A stretch of DNA of 64,000 nucleotides from a virus (IMGVR_UViG_3300042691_023046:19729-83728), one strand, 5' to 3'; positions 9,826 through 18,472 are shown, counted from the stretch's first letter. The notes: generated by a model not told the origin, from the letters alone. A program made the numbers and translations.

Positions 9826-9918
9826 TATTAATTAATAAAGAATCAATGAATAGGAAAAGTCTATTAACCCATTGCTGCTATTCAATATATTTGCAGTTCT
9901 ATCTTTATTAAATTAATA
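9826..9918 (-). ncRNA. Stem-loop cassette closed by terminal inverted repeats
   Basis: tattaattaataaaga ... tctttattaaattaata; internal CTGC/GCAG and CAATG/CATTG hairpins; immediately 5' of tRNA-like A. Confidence 0.45.
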
Positions 9919-10011
9919 TTTTAAATAACAAGCATTAATGTACTACGTTTAACATTTAAGTTTACTTCTTCCATATATTTACTACTTTATCTCTTATTAT
10001 TTAATTTTTTA

Positions 10012-10620
10012 TTAGTAACTAGCAGTAGTGAAATCTTTCACTTCTTCTTTAGTAGGTTCATTAGCTAATTGTAATGGTGTACCTACACTTCTATCAGCTT
10101 TAAATTTAGCTGCATCTAATTCAGTTACTTTTGTAATACTGGCTGCACTATCATAAGTCCATTCTACACTTCTGTACACTGGTAAACCTCCTACTAATAT
10201 ATTTTCATTAGTTGATGGGTTTAATTTAGGTTGTGAAACACCTTTACTACCATCTTTATTTATCCATGTTCTAGGTTCAAAAGATTCCATTTCTTTTAAA
10301 TTAACATGAATTTCTTGTTCTGCTATATTGGTAAATATTTCATCTGCTGTCGTTCCTACTTCAAAATTTACTAATTCAGTTTTAAAGTTTTGCCACATTT
10401 TAATAATATGTGAGTTCCAACCTAAAGCTAAACTCATTGGATTTTTATTACCATTGTCTGCACTTTGTACAAACATTACACTTAAATAATCTGAATTTGA
10501 TGTTTTATCAATAGCTGCTACAAAAGCATATCCACTATTTAATTCTTTTGCAAATTCTTTTTGAATTTCACTGTTTTTTGATTTTCCTGTAATTACTGTT
10601 TTTTCTGTTCCTGTTGTCAT
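10012..10620 (-). CDS. Conserved crAss-like protein, possible ssDNA-binding protein
   Basis: PKLNPSTNENILVGGLPVYRSV resembles (from recollection) crAss-like putative SSBs; beta-rich. Confidence 0.35.
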   Translation of the reverse strand: MTTGTEKTVITGKSKNSEIQKEFAKELNSGYAFVAAIDKTSNSDYLSVMFVQSADNGNKNPMSLALGWNSHIIKMWQNFKTELVNFEVGTTADEIFTNIAEQEIHVNLKEMESFEPRTWINKDGSKGVSQPKLNPSTNENILVGGLPVYRSVEWTYDSAASITKVTELDAAKFKADRSVGTPLQLANEPTKEEVKDFTTASY

Positions 10621-10665
10621 TTTGATTGTTTTTTGTTTTTATTTGTTACTTTATTTTATTTTACT

Positions 10666-11442
10666 TTATTTATATGATTCTTTTAATTGTTTAATAATAT
10701 TTGAACCATAACTATTTTCTACTAATTTTATAAATTCTATTACTGTAAATTTATCTTTTTTAATATTAATATTATTATTTATACAAAAAGAATTTCTTCC
10801 CATATCACAACTTCCTGTTAATTTATAATGCCAATTATAATATTCAATAGCTTTATATTTTTTATTATTATTATTAAAAAATTGTTTAAATTTTATAATT
10901 CTATCTGTAATAGGTAATTTTATTAATAATTTATTTTGTAATTGTTCAACAGCTTCTTTAATTGTGTTTCCATGAGCAAATTCATTTTCTCCTTTAGCTA
11001 TATAACAAGAAATTAAAGATAAATCTTCTTGTACTATAAAACCTTTAGCTATATTATTTTTAACAGATATAATTATAGTTTGAATATTATCAATTAAATA
11101 TATTTTTTGACTATTCAATGAAATTAATCTATCTCCATCTCCATATCCATCTCCATCTCCATATCCATTTTCATATCCATTTTCATCTCCATATCCATTT
11201 TCATATCCATTTTCATTTCCATATCCATATCCATTTCCATATCCATCTCCATATCCATTTCCATATCCATTTCCATATCCATTTCCATTTCCATCTCCAT
11301 ATCCATTTCCATTTCCATCTCCATCTCCATATCCATTTCCATCTCCATCTCCATATCCATTTCCATCTCCATCTCCATATCCATTTTCATTTCTACTTAT
11401 ATATGTAAAATTTCTTTTAATAAAACATTCTATTTTTTCCAT
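10666..11442 (-). CDS. Gly-x (GYGDGNG) repeat protein
   Basis: Long G-[YDN] dipeptide tract, then C-domain FAHG...WHYKLTGSCDMGRNSF. Confidence 0.75.
   Translation of the reverse strand: MEKIECFIKRNFTYISRNENGYGDGDGNGYGDGDGNGYGDGDGNGNGYGDGNGNGYGNGYGNGYGDGYGNGYGYGNENGYENGYGDENGYENGYGDGDGYGDGDRLISLNSQKIYLIDNIQTIIISVKNNIAKGFIVQEDLSLISCYIAKGENEFAHGNTIKEAVEQLQNKLLIKLPITDRIIKFKQFFNNNNKKYKAIEYYNWHYKLTGSCDMGRNSFCINNNINIKKDKFTVIEFIKLVENSYGSNIIKQLKESYK
11131..11391 (-). repeat. Hexanucleotide tandem repeat (plus strand ccat[a/t/c]t)n encoding Gly-x
   Basis: ccatat/ccattt/ccatct units seen directly. Confidence 0.95.
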
Positions 11443-11735
11443 ATAGGCACATTTTCAATATTAATTATTGCTTTATCTGTACATGTAATAATTTGAATAT
11501 AATTACTAATTGTAGCTTCTTTATTTACAACTGTAAATTGACATTCATTTGGATTTTTAACTCCTTCTTCTGCTATTTGCTCAATAGCATTTGCACCAGA
11601 CCAATAATATAATTTTCTTACATTATTTAATTGAACTTCTAATTCATTTTTATTTACTAATGTACCAAAAAATACTCCTGCTTTATCAGCTCTTACAATT
11701 ACTTTTTTACCTATTTGATTATTTATTTTTGTCAT
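11430..11735 (-). CDS. DUF6948-like small beta protein
   Basis: KVIVRADKAGVFFGTL...RKLYYWSGA...IAEEGV; family commonly found just upstream of Gly-x repeat genes. Confidence 0.65.
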   Translation of the reverse strand: MTKINNQIGKKVIVRADKAGVFFGTLVNKNELEVQLNNVRKLYYWSGANAIEQIAEEGVKNPNECQFTVVNKEATISNYIQIITCTDKAIINIENVPIWKK

Positions 11736-11762
11736 AATTTTAATTATTATTTTTATTTAATT

Positions 11763-11798
11763 AAAAAAGCTACTAATATATTATGTATTAGTAGCTTT
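11763..11798 (-). terminator. Intrinsic terminator
   Basis: AAAGCTACTAATA / TATTAGTAGCTTT stem with U-tract on minus strand. Confidence 0.8.
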
Positions 11799-11803
11799 AA
11801 TTT

Positions 11804-11959
11804 TTATTTTTTACAAGAAGCTTTCATTCTTTTTAATAATGTTTTATCTTCTGGTGTTTTTTGAAATATAGTTCTATCTATATTTACTTTATTTTGATTT
11901 ATTTCAGCTTTAATAGCTGCATTGTATTGTGCTGCTTTTAATTTTTCTGCTTCTGTCAT
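11804..11959 (-). CDS. Small hypothetical protein (51 aa, below ORF-track cutoff)
   Basis: Manual translation MTEAEKLKAAQYNAAIKAEINQNKVNIDRTIFQKTPEDKTLLKRMKASCKK*, ends at terminator. Confidence 0.6.
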   Translation of the reverse strand: MTEAEKLKAAQYNAAIKAEINQNKVNIDRTIFQKTPEDKTLLKRMKASCKK

Positions 11960-12170
11960 TTTGATTAATTGGTTTTAATTGTTTTATTTGTTCTAATGAT
12001 AATAGTTTAAATCCTTCTCTTTTACCTAAAAAATCACATGAAATACACGCAACAGTTTTTATACTATTGTATTTTTCATATTCATGTAATTGGTCAAAAA
12101 GTAAATTACTACAATGTGGACAAGCCAACATATTGTAGTGTAATGTTTTGTTAATTAACTCGTTTCTCAT
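11910..12170 (-). CDS. Small Zn-ribbon protein
   Basis: CPHC...CISC; directly downstream of a promoter. Confidence 0.55.
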   Translation of the reverse strand: MRNELINKTLHYNMLACPHCSNLLFDQLHEYEKYNSIKTVACISCDFLGKREGFKLLSLEQIKQLKPINQNDRSRKIKSSTIQCSY

Positions 12171-12202
12171 TGTATTATTCTCCTTTCTTTATTTTAGTAC
12201 TA

Positions 12203-12232
12203 CAAATGTACTACTTTATTTATATAATACAA
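12203..12232 (-). promoter_or_regulatory. Bacteroidota sigma70-type promoter
   Basis: Minus strand TTG-N19-TACATTTG (-33/-7 consensus TTTG...TAnnTTTG). Confidence 0.7.
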
Positions 12233-12261
12233 GTAAATTTTATTTATTTAACAAAAATAAG

Positions 12262-12480
12262 CTAACATTGACTACCTTTACCATGTAAATCTATCCAATA
12301 ATTATTTTTATTTACATATTGTCTTATAAAATGTACACTTAATACTGCTAATCCTATTCCATCTAAAGAGAGAAGAATCAGAAATATATAAACTGGTCTT
12401 ACATTAAAACAAATTGACATTAAAGTAAAAAATTGTAATATAAAAATTAAAAAGATTACTATTTTAATTGATTGTTTCAT
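12262..12480 (-). CDS. Small 2-TM membrane protein
   Basis: Two hydrophobic segments. Confidence 0.55.
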   Translation of the reverse strand: MKQSIKIVIFLIFILQFFTLMSICFNVRPVYIFLILLSLDGIGLAVLSVHFIRQYVNKNNYWIDLHGKGSQC

Positions 12481-12481
12481 T

Positions 12482-12988
12482 TTATTTCCAATTAATTTTA
12501 GGACAATTATTATTATACCAAGATTTAGTATAATTTATTACAATATTATTAGAAGTTTTTTCTTTTATAGTTTTACTTACATCTATTATTTTATCTGCTG
12601 TTTTATATTTTGACCAATAATAACTTATAATTACAAATAAAGCTATAAATATAATTACTTCACTACATATAACAGCATTGTTATCATAACTGTAAGAATT
12701 AAGTAAATATAATACAAAATTATATAAACACCACATTACAAATATTATTCCTGCTGTAAGTATATAACCAGCTATTCCTAAACCTGTTCTACCAGTATCT
12801 ATTTTATCATAGTCTTTTTTTACAAACATACTATATATATTAACTGGTATTCTAAAAATAACATTTGGTATAAATAATAATATTGCTACTACTAATTTCC
12901 AAAATAAAGGACATAAGTTATTTGGTACTTTTTCTGAATATGTATAGTACCATAACCATACATACCATGAGTTTAATTTTAATTCCAT
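12482..12988 (-). CDS. Membrane protein (3 TM)
   Basis: NLCPLFWKLV...CPKINWK with hydrophobic helices. Confidence 0.7.
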   Translation of the reverse strand: MELKLNSWYVWLWYYTYSEKVPNNLCPLFWKLVVAILLFIPNVIFRIPVNIYSMFVKKDYDKIDTGRTGLGIAGYILTAGIIFVMWCLYNFVLYLLNSYSYDNNAVICSEVIIFIALFVIISYYWSKYKTADKIIDVSKTIKEKTSNNIVINYTKSWYNNNCPKINWK

Positions 12989-12991
12989 AAT

Positions 12992-13272
12992 TTATTTAAA
13001 TTTTAAAAAGTTTAACATTCTTGTTAATTTACTTATTTTTTGTGTTTGTTTTCTTTTAGCTTTTTTACTTCTCCATTTAGCTAATTTTTTAAAATAACCT
13101 TTATCACTTTTAAATTGGCTTTTAGGATAATTTTCTCCTGATTTAATACCAGTTCTAAATTCTTTATCTTCTGTAATACTAATATCTGTTTGTATTACTT
13201 CTGTAAAAGCTTTACCTGTTTTTTGTTAATACCTAATCTATGGATAGTAACATTTGTTTGTTGGGTTGTCAT
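12992..13272 (-). pseudogene. Basic hypothetical gene split by -1 frameshift at A6 run
   Basis: MTTQQTNVTIHRLGINKK then, in -1 frame, TGKAFTEVIQTDIS...KWRSKKAKRKQTQKISKLTRMLNFLKFK*; junction at T6 13219-13224. Confidence 0.55.
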
Positions 13273-13312
13273 AATTGTTTTATTTAAATTGTTAATTACT
13301 AAAAGCTTGAGT

Positions 13313-13507
13313 TTAATAACCCAAGCTTTCTAAATATTTTTCATCACATGTTATTATAACACTATTTTTATAATATACTGTGTTTACTGGTGGTGCTTGT
13401 ATATCTTGTTTATTTATTAAACAAAAATGCAAGTATTCTTCTGCTGATAATTCAATTTGTTTTGTTTTTGTTACTTCTTTAGTAGAAGTTGTTGATATGT
13501 TTTTCAT
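13313..13507 (-). CDS. Hypothetical protein
   Basis: 64 aa ORF in co-oriented run. Confidence 0.6.
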   Translation of the reverse strand: MKNISTTSTKEVTKTKQIELSAEEYLHFCLINKQDIQAPPVNTVYYKNSVIITCDEKYLESLGY

Positions 13508-13597
13508 TTTATTTATTAGTTATTTAAATTTATTCATTGTGTATTGTATGAGAATATTTTATAGAAGTATTTACACTTGTCCACTTTGACATAGTAA

Positions 13598-14131
13598 TTA
13601 ATATATTACAGTTAAGTAATTAGTTTTATCTTGTGTGTTAAAATTTCCATTAACTAAAATATTACACATTATATTAGCTAATTTTTCAGTTGTATGTTTA
13701 TCATAAGGATGGTTAAATTCAATATCTTCATACTCTTTTTCTATTAATTTAAATGTACTAAGGTCAAATCCTTTTATATTATCAAAATTTCCATCACTTC
13801 TATAAAAACTATCAGAACATATACTATTACCTAATCTAATTTGACTAAGCATTAATCCTCCTCTGCCACATACATAACATTTTGGTAATTCGTTATTTAA
13901 TATTTCTTGAAATTCTTTAGAATCTTTTGTTTTAATAGTATTTAAAGAATTACTCCAATATTGACAATAACTACCATTTACAATATTATTTACAATTAAT
14001 TGTAAACAATCCCAAGCTATTTCTAATCTTTTTCCTTCATCGTTTAACCAATTAAAATATTCATTTCTTTCTTCAATATTTTGAATTGGTTGTAATACAC
14101 TTTTAAATGTAATATTTGGTATTATTTGCAT
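13598..14131 (-). CDS. Hypothetical protein (CYVC motif)
   Basis: 177 aa; CYVCGRGGLMLS, NILVNGNF. Confidence 0.7.
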   Translation of the reverse strand: MQIIPNITFKSVLQPIQNIEERNEYFNWLNDEGKRLEIAWDCLQLIVNNIVNGSYCQYWSNSLNTIKTKDSKEFQEILNNELPKCYVCGRGGLMLSQIRLGNSICSDSFYRSDGNFDNIKGFDLSTFKLIEKEYEDIEFNHPYDKHTTEKLANIMCNILVNGNFNTQDKTNYLTVIY

Positions 14132-14153
14132 TATGTTTATTTGTTTTAAAAAG

Positions 14154-14345
14154 TTAAAAATATTTTTTCATTTTTGATTGTAGTAGTTTTATAATAATAA
14201 CTAACATTATCCAAATACTCATGTATTGCATAAATGTCATTTTATATCCAATTTCATCTAAAGATAATATTATAATTATTCCTATTAAATAGTATAATAT
14301 ATCTAAAAATATATATATTGTGTTATATAATTTTTTATCTTTCAT
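14154..14345 (-). CDS. Small 2-TM membrane protein
   Basis: 63 aa hydrophobic. Confidence 0.5.
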   Translation of the reverse strand: MKDKKLYNTIYIFLDILYYLIGIIIILSLDEIGYKMTFMQYMSIWIMLVIIIKLLQSKMKKYF

Positions 14346-14354
14346 GTTGTTTAT

Positions 14355-14651
14355 TTAACAATTTGTACCACTTAGTATTTTACTAGCATCTTCTTTATTT
14401 AATTTATCAAAAGTAATAAATTCATTAAAATTGATAATTTGATATTTTGCAGCACTATTTGGATTTTCTAATATATAATCCCATTCAAGAGCAATACTTA
14501 AAATGTTATGATATTCTTTTGGTATTAGTTTTTTAAGTCCTTCTTTATTTTCATCTGTAACCTGTACAATTCTATAAATAGTTGTATCATTGTGTTTTGT
14601 AAATACACCATCAAAGATAGGTGTATGTGAAGTTTGTTTTATATTGTTCAT
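14355..14651 (-). CDS. Hypothetical protein
   Basis: 98 aa ORF. Confidence 0.65.
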   Translation of the reverse strand: MNNIKQTSHTPIFDGVFTKHNDTTIYRIVQVTDENKEGLKKLIPKEYHNILSIALEWDYILENPNSAAKYQIINFNEFITFDKLNKEDASKILSGTNC

Positions 14652-14675
14652 AATTTTTTTAGTTTAAGTATTAAA

Positions 14676-14784
14676 TAAACATTCTACATTATTATAATTA
14701 TTAAGTTAACACATTTCTAGTTGAACCTTATGCTAATAATTCATTCGCTTATAATAATTACCATTTAAGGTAGTAAAATGTTTA
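14676..14784. ncRNA. Intergenic stem-loop cassette with terminal inverted repeats
   Basis: taaacatt...aatgttta closing stem; nested attattataa/ttataataat, ttatta/taataa, gttaac/gttgaac and tacc/ggta stems. Confidence 0.45.
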
Positions 14785-14824
14785 ATATTTTTAAAGATTT
14801 TGTTCAATAAATTAGGCTTTGTTG

Positions 14825-15052
14825 TTATAATTGTTTTTGTATTTTATCAAAATAATCTTTTAATTCTTTATGTGATTCAAAATCATAATTTAAATCATTA
14901 GGATTATCATTTTTATGTGTAAAATATTGTTTTTCACTATTACTATAAGTAATTTCAATACTATCATTAACATAAGGACAACTTTTAGGTGCTGATATTA
15001 AACATATATCTAATATATATTTAATATTATGATTTAATTTAGGTTCATTCAT
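14825..15052 (-). CDS. Hypothetical protein
   Basis: 75 aa ORF. Confidence 0.55.
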   Translation of the reverse strand: MNEPKLNHNIKYILDICLISAPKSCPYVNDSIEITYSNSEKQYFTHKNDNPNDLNYDFESHKELKDYFDKIQKQL

Positions 15053-15054
15053 AA

Positions 15055-15765
15055 TTATAACTTTTGTTCAATAAATTCATCAATAAAAGCAACTCTATCA
15101 TTATCACAAGGTTTACAATAGATTGTTGCTGATTTACAAAACTTAGTATTATAACTGTTTTCAAATTTTCTTAATAATTCTGTTATTTCTAAACTATTCC
15201 AACTATCTTTAATTAAGTTAATATTAATAGTATTGTCAGGATTTATTAATAATTTATTATCACAAGCAGGACAATCATCATTAAAAGCTGTACATAAAGC
15301 GTTTAATTCTTTACATTTAGTTTCATACTCTACCATTACTTTAGTAATTATATTGCCTTTATTGTATTCAGATATAAATATTTCAATAAATGATGTTGGA
15401 ATTTGTTGTACCCATACATTTTCTCCAGACTGTTCTTTTTTATTTACTAGTGAACTATCTGTTGTAGCTATTATTTTTTTACAAAATTCAATTAGGTGAT
15501 TTATTTCTTTATTTGCATTGAATATAAAATTAGAACTAATTCTTATACATTGATAAATAATTTTAGAATAACTTTCTCTTATATCATAAAACCAATCACC
15601 TTCTTCTATTTTATCATTTGAAGTAATATGTAGTTCATAATATTCATTTTTAAATGGATTATATAATTCTTCATCAATTATAGTTAAATATTCTTTATCT
15701 GAATTTAGTTTATTATTTGATTTAATAGCAATTATTGCTATATCATGTTGTTTAAAGTTTTTCAT
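15055..15765 (-). CDS. Hypothetical phage protein
   Basis: 236 aa; LHITSNDKIEEGDW...CKKIIATTDSSL...QIPTSFIE. Confidence 0.75.
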   Translation of the reverse strand: MKNFKQHDIAIIAIKSNNKLNSDKEYLTIIDEELYNPFKNEYYELHITSNDKIEEGDWFYDIRESYSKIIYQCIRISSNFIFNANKEINHLIEFCKKIIATTDSSLVNKKEQSGENVWVQQIPTSFIEIFISEYNKGNIITKVMVEYETKCKELNALCTAFNDDCPACDNKLLINPDNTININLIKDSWNSLEITELLRKFENSYNTKFCKSATIYCKPCDNDRVAFIDEFIEQKL

Positions 15766-15766
15766 A

Positions 15767-15988
15767 TTATTTACTTAGTTTAAGGGTATCTCCAATATTC
15801 CACTTATTAACGGAATCATATATTTCTAAATTTTGCGTACTAGCTCCATTTATAGCAAAGAAATGTATTTCATCAGTATTTCTACTTATTTTTTTTATGC
15901 TAGTTACAACCATTACTTCATTTCTATTGTCAATAGGAAAACAACTACTAGTTATTCCAATTAATAATATTATTATTAGCTTTTTCAT
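15767..15988 (-). CDS. Small lipoprotein
   Basis: MKKLIIILLIGITSSC signal peptide with lipobox-like Cys. Confidence 0.6.
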   Translation of the reverse strand: MKKLIIILLIGITSSCFPIDNRNEVMVVTSIKKISRNTDEIHFFAINGASTQNLEIYDSVNKWNIGDTLKLSK

Positions 15989-16025
15989 TTTATTATTGTT
16001 TAATTGTTAATTTAATTGTTTAATG

Positions 16026-16355
16026 TTAATACAAATCTTCTGATGTTAAACCAATGATATTTGTAGCATAACCTTTATTTGGTCCAATTATTTGATTGGC
16101 TTCAAATGCTATTTTATATGCTTCTTGTCTATTTACAAATCTATTAGTATTTGTAATAAAACCTTGAATACATTTGTTCATTAATTTAACTATATCTTCT
16201 CTATTAATATCTTTCATCATTAATTTAAATGTATATATACAATTATGATGTCTTCTACCACCAATAACAAAACCTGATGTTATATTTATAGGTTGATGAA
16301 TATGTATTATATCATCATTATAATGATTAGCTGCACAAATTATATATTCTTTCAT
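16026..16355 (-). CDS. Conserved phage protein of unknown function
   Basis: IICAAN...GRRHHNC...QGFITNTNRFVNRQEA...LTSEDLY pattern. Confidence 0.75.
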   Translation of the reverse strand: MKEYIICAANHYNDDIIHIHQPINITSGFVIGGRRHHNCIYTFKLMMKDINREDIVKLMNKCIQGFITNTNRFVNRQEAYKIAFEANQIIGPNKGYATNIIGLTSEDLY

Positions 16356-16379
16356 ATTTTTAATTAATTTAATTGTTTG

Positions 16380-16465
16380 TGGAGAAAACAGGATTGGAAC
16401 CTGTACCTAGTAACCAGTCTTAACTTGGTGGACATACCATTACGCCATTTATAACCCATTTCTCC
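16380..16465 (-). ncRNA. tRNA-like element B (degenerate, possible UAA/Leu anticodon)
   Basis: Minus: GGAGAAA/TTTCTCC-A acceptor, ACAGG-TTCCAAT-CCTGT T-arm, GGCGTAATGGTATGTC D-like arm after ~11-nt insertion, ACCAAG-TTAAGA-CTGGT imperfect anticodon arm. Confidence 0.65.
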
Positions 16466-17997
16466 ATTTAATATTACAGGTAATTACTCCTGTTGCACAA
16501 TGTTGCTACATTCGACATGTATTTATATAAGTTGTATAAATACTATTTACTTCTTCAAGCTCTTGTAGTTCCAACTACGATAATATATTACTATATTAAA
16601 GGCATTACATAGGCTCTTATCCCTATTAAGATATTTATAATGCTGCCACCATATCTTTTACTTAAATTATTACTAAATGTTTTTACCATTACAATTCCTA
16701 TCAGTATATCTACCATCGTATATTGCACTTATTAGTATTTTCAAAGATATTTTATATTTCTCTACCATTTAACAGGTATGAATTATTAAACAATAATAAA
16801 TAAGATTTACTATTTCGGCATGATAAAACCATTACGTTATATCTTTCAAATGTCCTAATTATTATTTCAAATAATTACTCATTTATTATTGTTTTTTTTT
16901 TACTACTATTATGTTTTTTGGTAATCATTACATTAGGTCTTTCTCCTAATCTCCCCAAGTCAATTGTAGCTTCTGACTAATATCTTAAAAATGTAGGTTG
17001 TTAATTGCTATTTTTAGAAATTATATTTCACCATATTATTATGGACTAACAACACTACATTTTATATTTTAACATTAAGGTTTTATTTAATTAGACTTTA
17101 TACTATACCTTTTTATGTTAAAATATTTACCTTCTGCACTCAAACTATAAGAAGTAACTTATTATATTATTAAGTTTTACTTTCAAACTTATAGTTTGCT
17201 CATTCTTAGGAATTAATTAACTTAGAGGACATTGCAATCTGTTTAGTCTTAGGTTAATTAAGTAGTTTCACATCTTATACATTTATCTTTAATGTATGCT
17301 ATAAATAAGCTAAATAAGAAGTCTTTATATCTACATAAGTTATGGTGCATTAATATTAAATCCTTTTACACAAATTGTAATACTTACTTGATATTACTTT
17401 TATTGTAATTCAATAGCTCATGCTGCCAGACTTATAGAGATATTACAATTGTGTATTAGGAATATTTTATTTAAATTTAATCTTACAGTAGTTTGTACAC
17501 AGCTATAGTAAGCATAATACCTAGTTCTTGAATCTAAGTTTAACTTTTTGTTTTTGTTTACTGTTAAATGATGTACACCATTTACTTAATCCACAAGATA
17601 TATTGACTAGTTTTTATCTTGGTTTCTCATAATCTTACTAACATATGATTAAGTTTATAATGTTAGCAGCAAGATTTTAAATTTTTTTTATTCATAAGTT
17701 GCTTCTGTTTCTATACAACAGATAAGATTTAATAAAAAACAGTATGATATTACTAAGTTGTGCTATATCATCAAGTAAGTTTTATTTATACTTAGATTAC
17801 GTTATACTCCTGTTTTTTGAGAATTAAACTCTACAAAGTTGCACTTTGTCATGCGGTATTATTTCAACAGCAAGTCCTGCGAATTGGACAGAGTTTAATA
17901 TTTTAAATTAACTGTACAAATTGTAATAGCTGTACAGTAATTCGGGTGCATTAATTTCCCTATCATAATCCGTCACTATTACAACTGTACAGTTAAT
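16466..17997. ncRNA. Gene-free array of structured stem-loop cassettes (candidate ncRNA cluster)
   Basis: No ORF >=60 aa over ~1.5 kb; at least 10 closely spaced modules, each closed by its own inverted repeat (see findings). Confidence 0.6.
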
Positions 17998-18009
17998 ATA
18001 ATTAATGTT

Positions 18010-18429
18010 TTAACTAGTTCTAAGTATTTTATTAAATTGTTCAATTGATATAGTTTTTTCCCAATCAATTCCTCCATGTTTAATAAATACTTCTTCTAAT
18101 ACTGTAATTGGTATATTACCAACTGTTCCTGTAGTATCATTTGGATTATCTCCATATTCAGACATTAATGGTTCATGTTCAGATGTAAATCCAAATTCTA
18201 CTGATTCATAAGTATGTCCTAATGTTCTATATCCATTTTCTGTACCACAATAATTACCATTATGTATTTGTAATGATACATTAAATCCATCTTTAGCATA
18301 TATTCTAGGACAATAAAAGTATTGATTATCATAGGACATTTGTTTTCCCATAAAATCTTTTTTACCTGATGTTATTGATGGTTGAAAAATAGACATTATT
18401 ATTAGTCTAAAAAATAGTGTTAAATTCAT
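18010..18429 (-). CDS. Conserved hypothetical phage protein
   Basis: DGFNVSLQ...YC...VEFGF...KHGGI pattern; real start probably the second Met (MSIFQP). Confidence 0.75.
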   Translation of the reverse strand: MNLTLFFRLIIMSIFQPSITSGKKDFMGKQMSYDNQYFYCPRIYAKDGFNVSLQIHNGNYCGTENGYRTLGHTYESVEFGFTSEHEPLMSEYGDNPNDTTGTVGNIPITVLEEVFIKHGGIDWEKTISIEQFNKILRTS

Positions 18430-18472
18430 AATTTTATAATTGATTGTTAAATTGGTTAGTTAATAAGTTTAA

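Noticed and set aside
11118-11408. His-rich (+) and Met/Glu/Asp-rich (-) alternative ORFs
   Set aside because: Shadow frames of the stop-free hexamer repeat in the Gly-x gene
16466-17997. CRISPR array
   Set aside because: No direct repeats of constant sequence and spacing; modules share structure only; no cas genes
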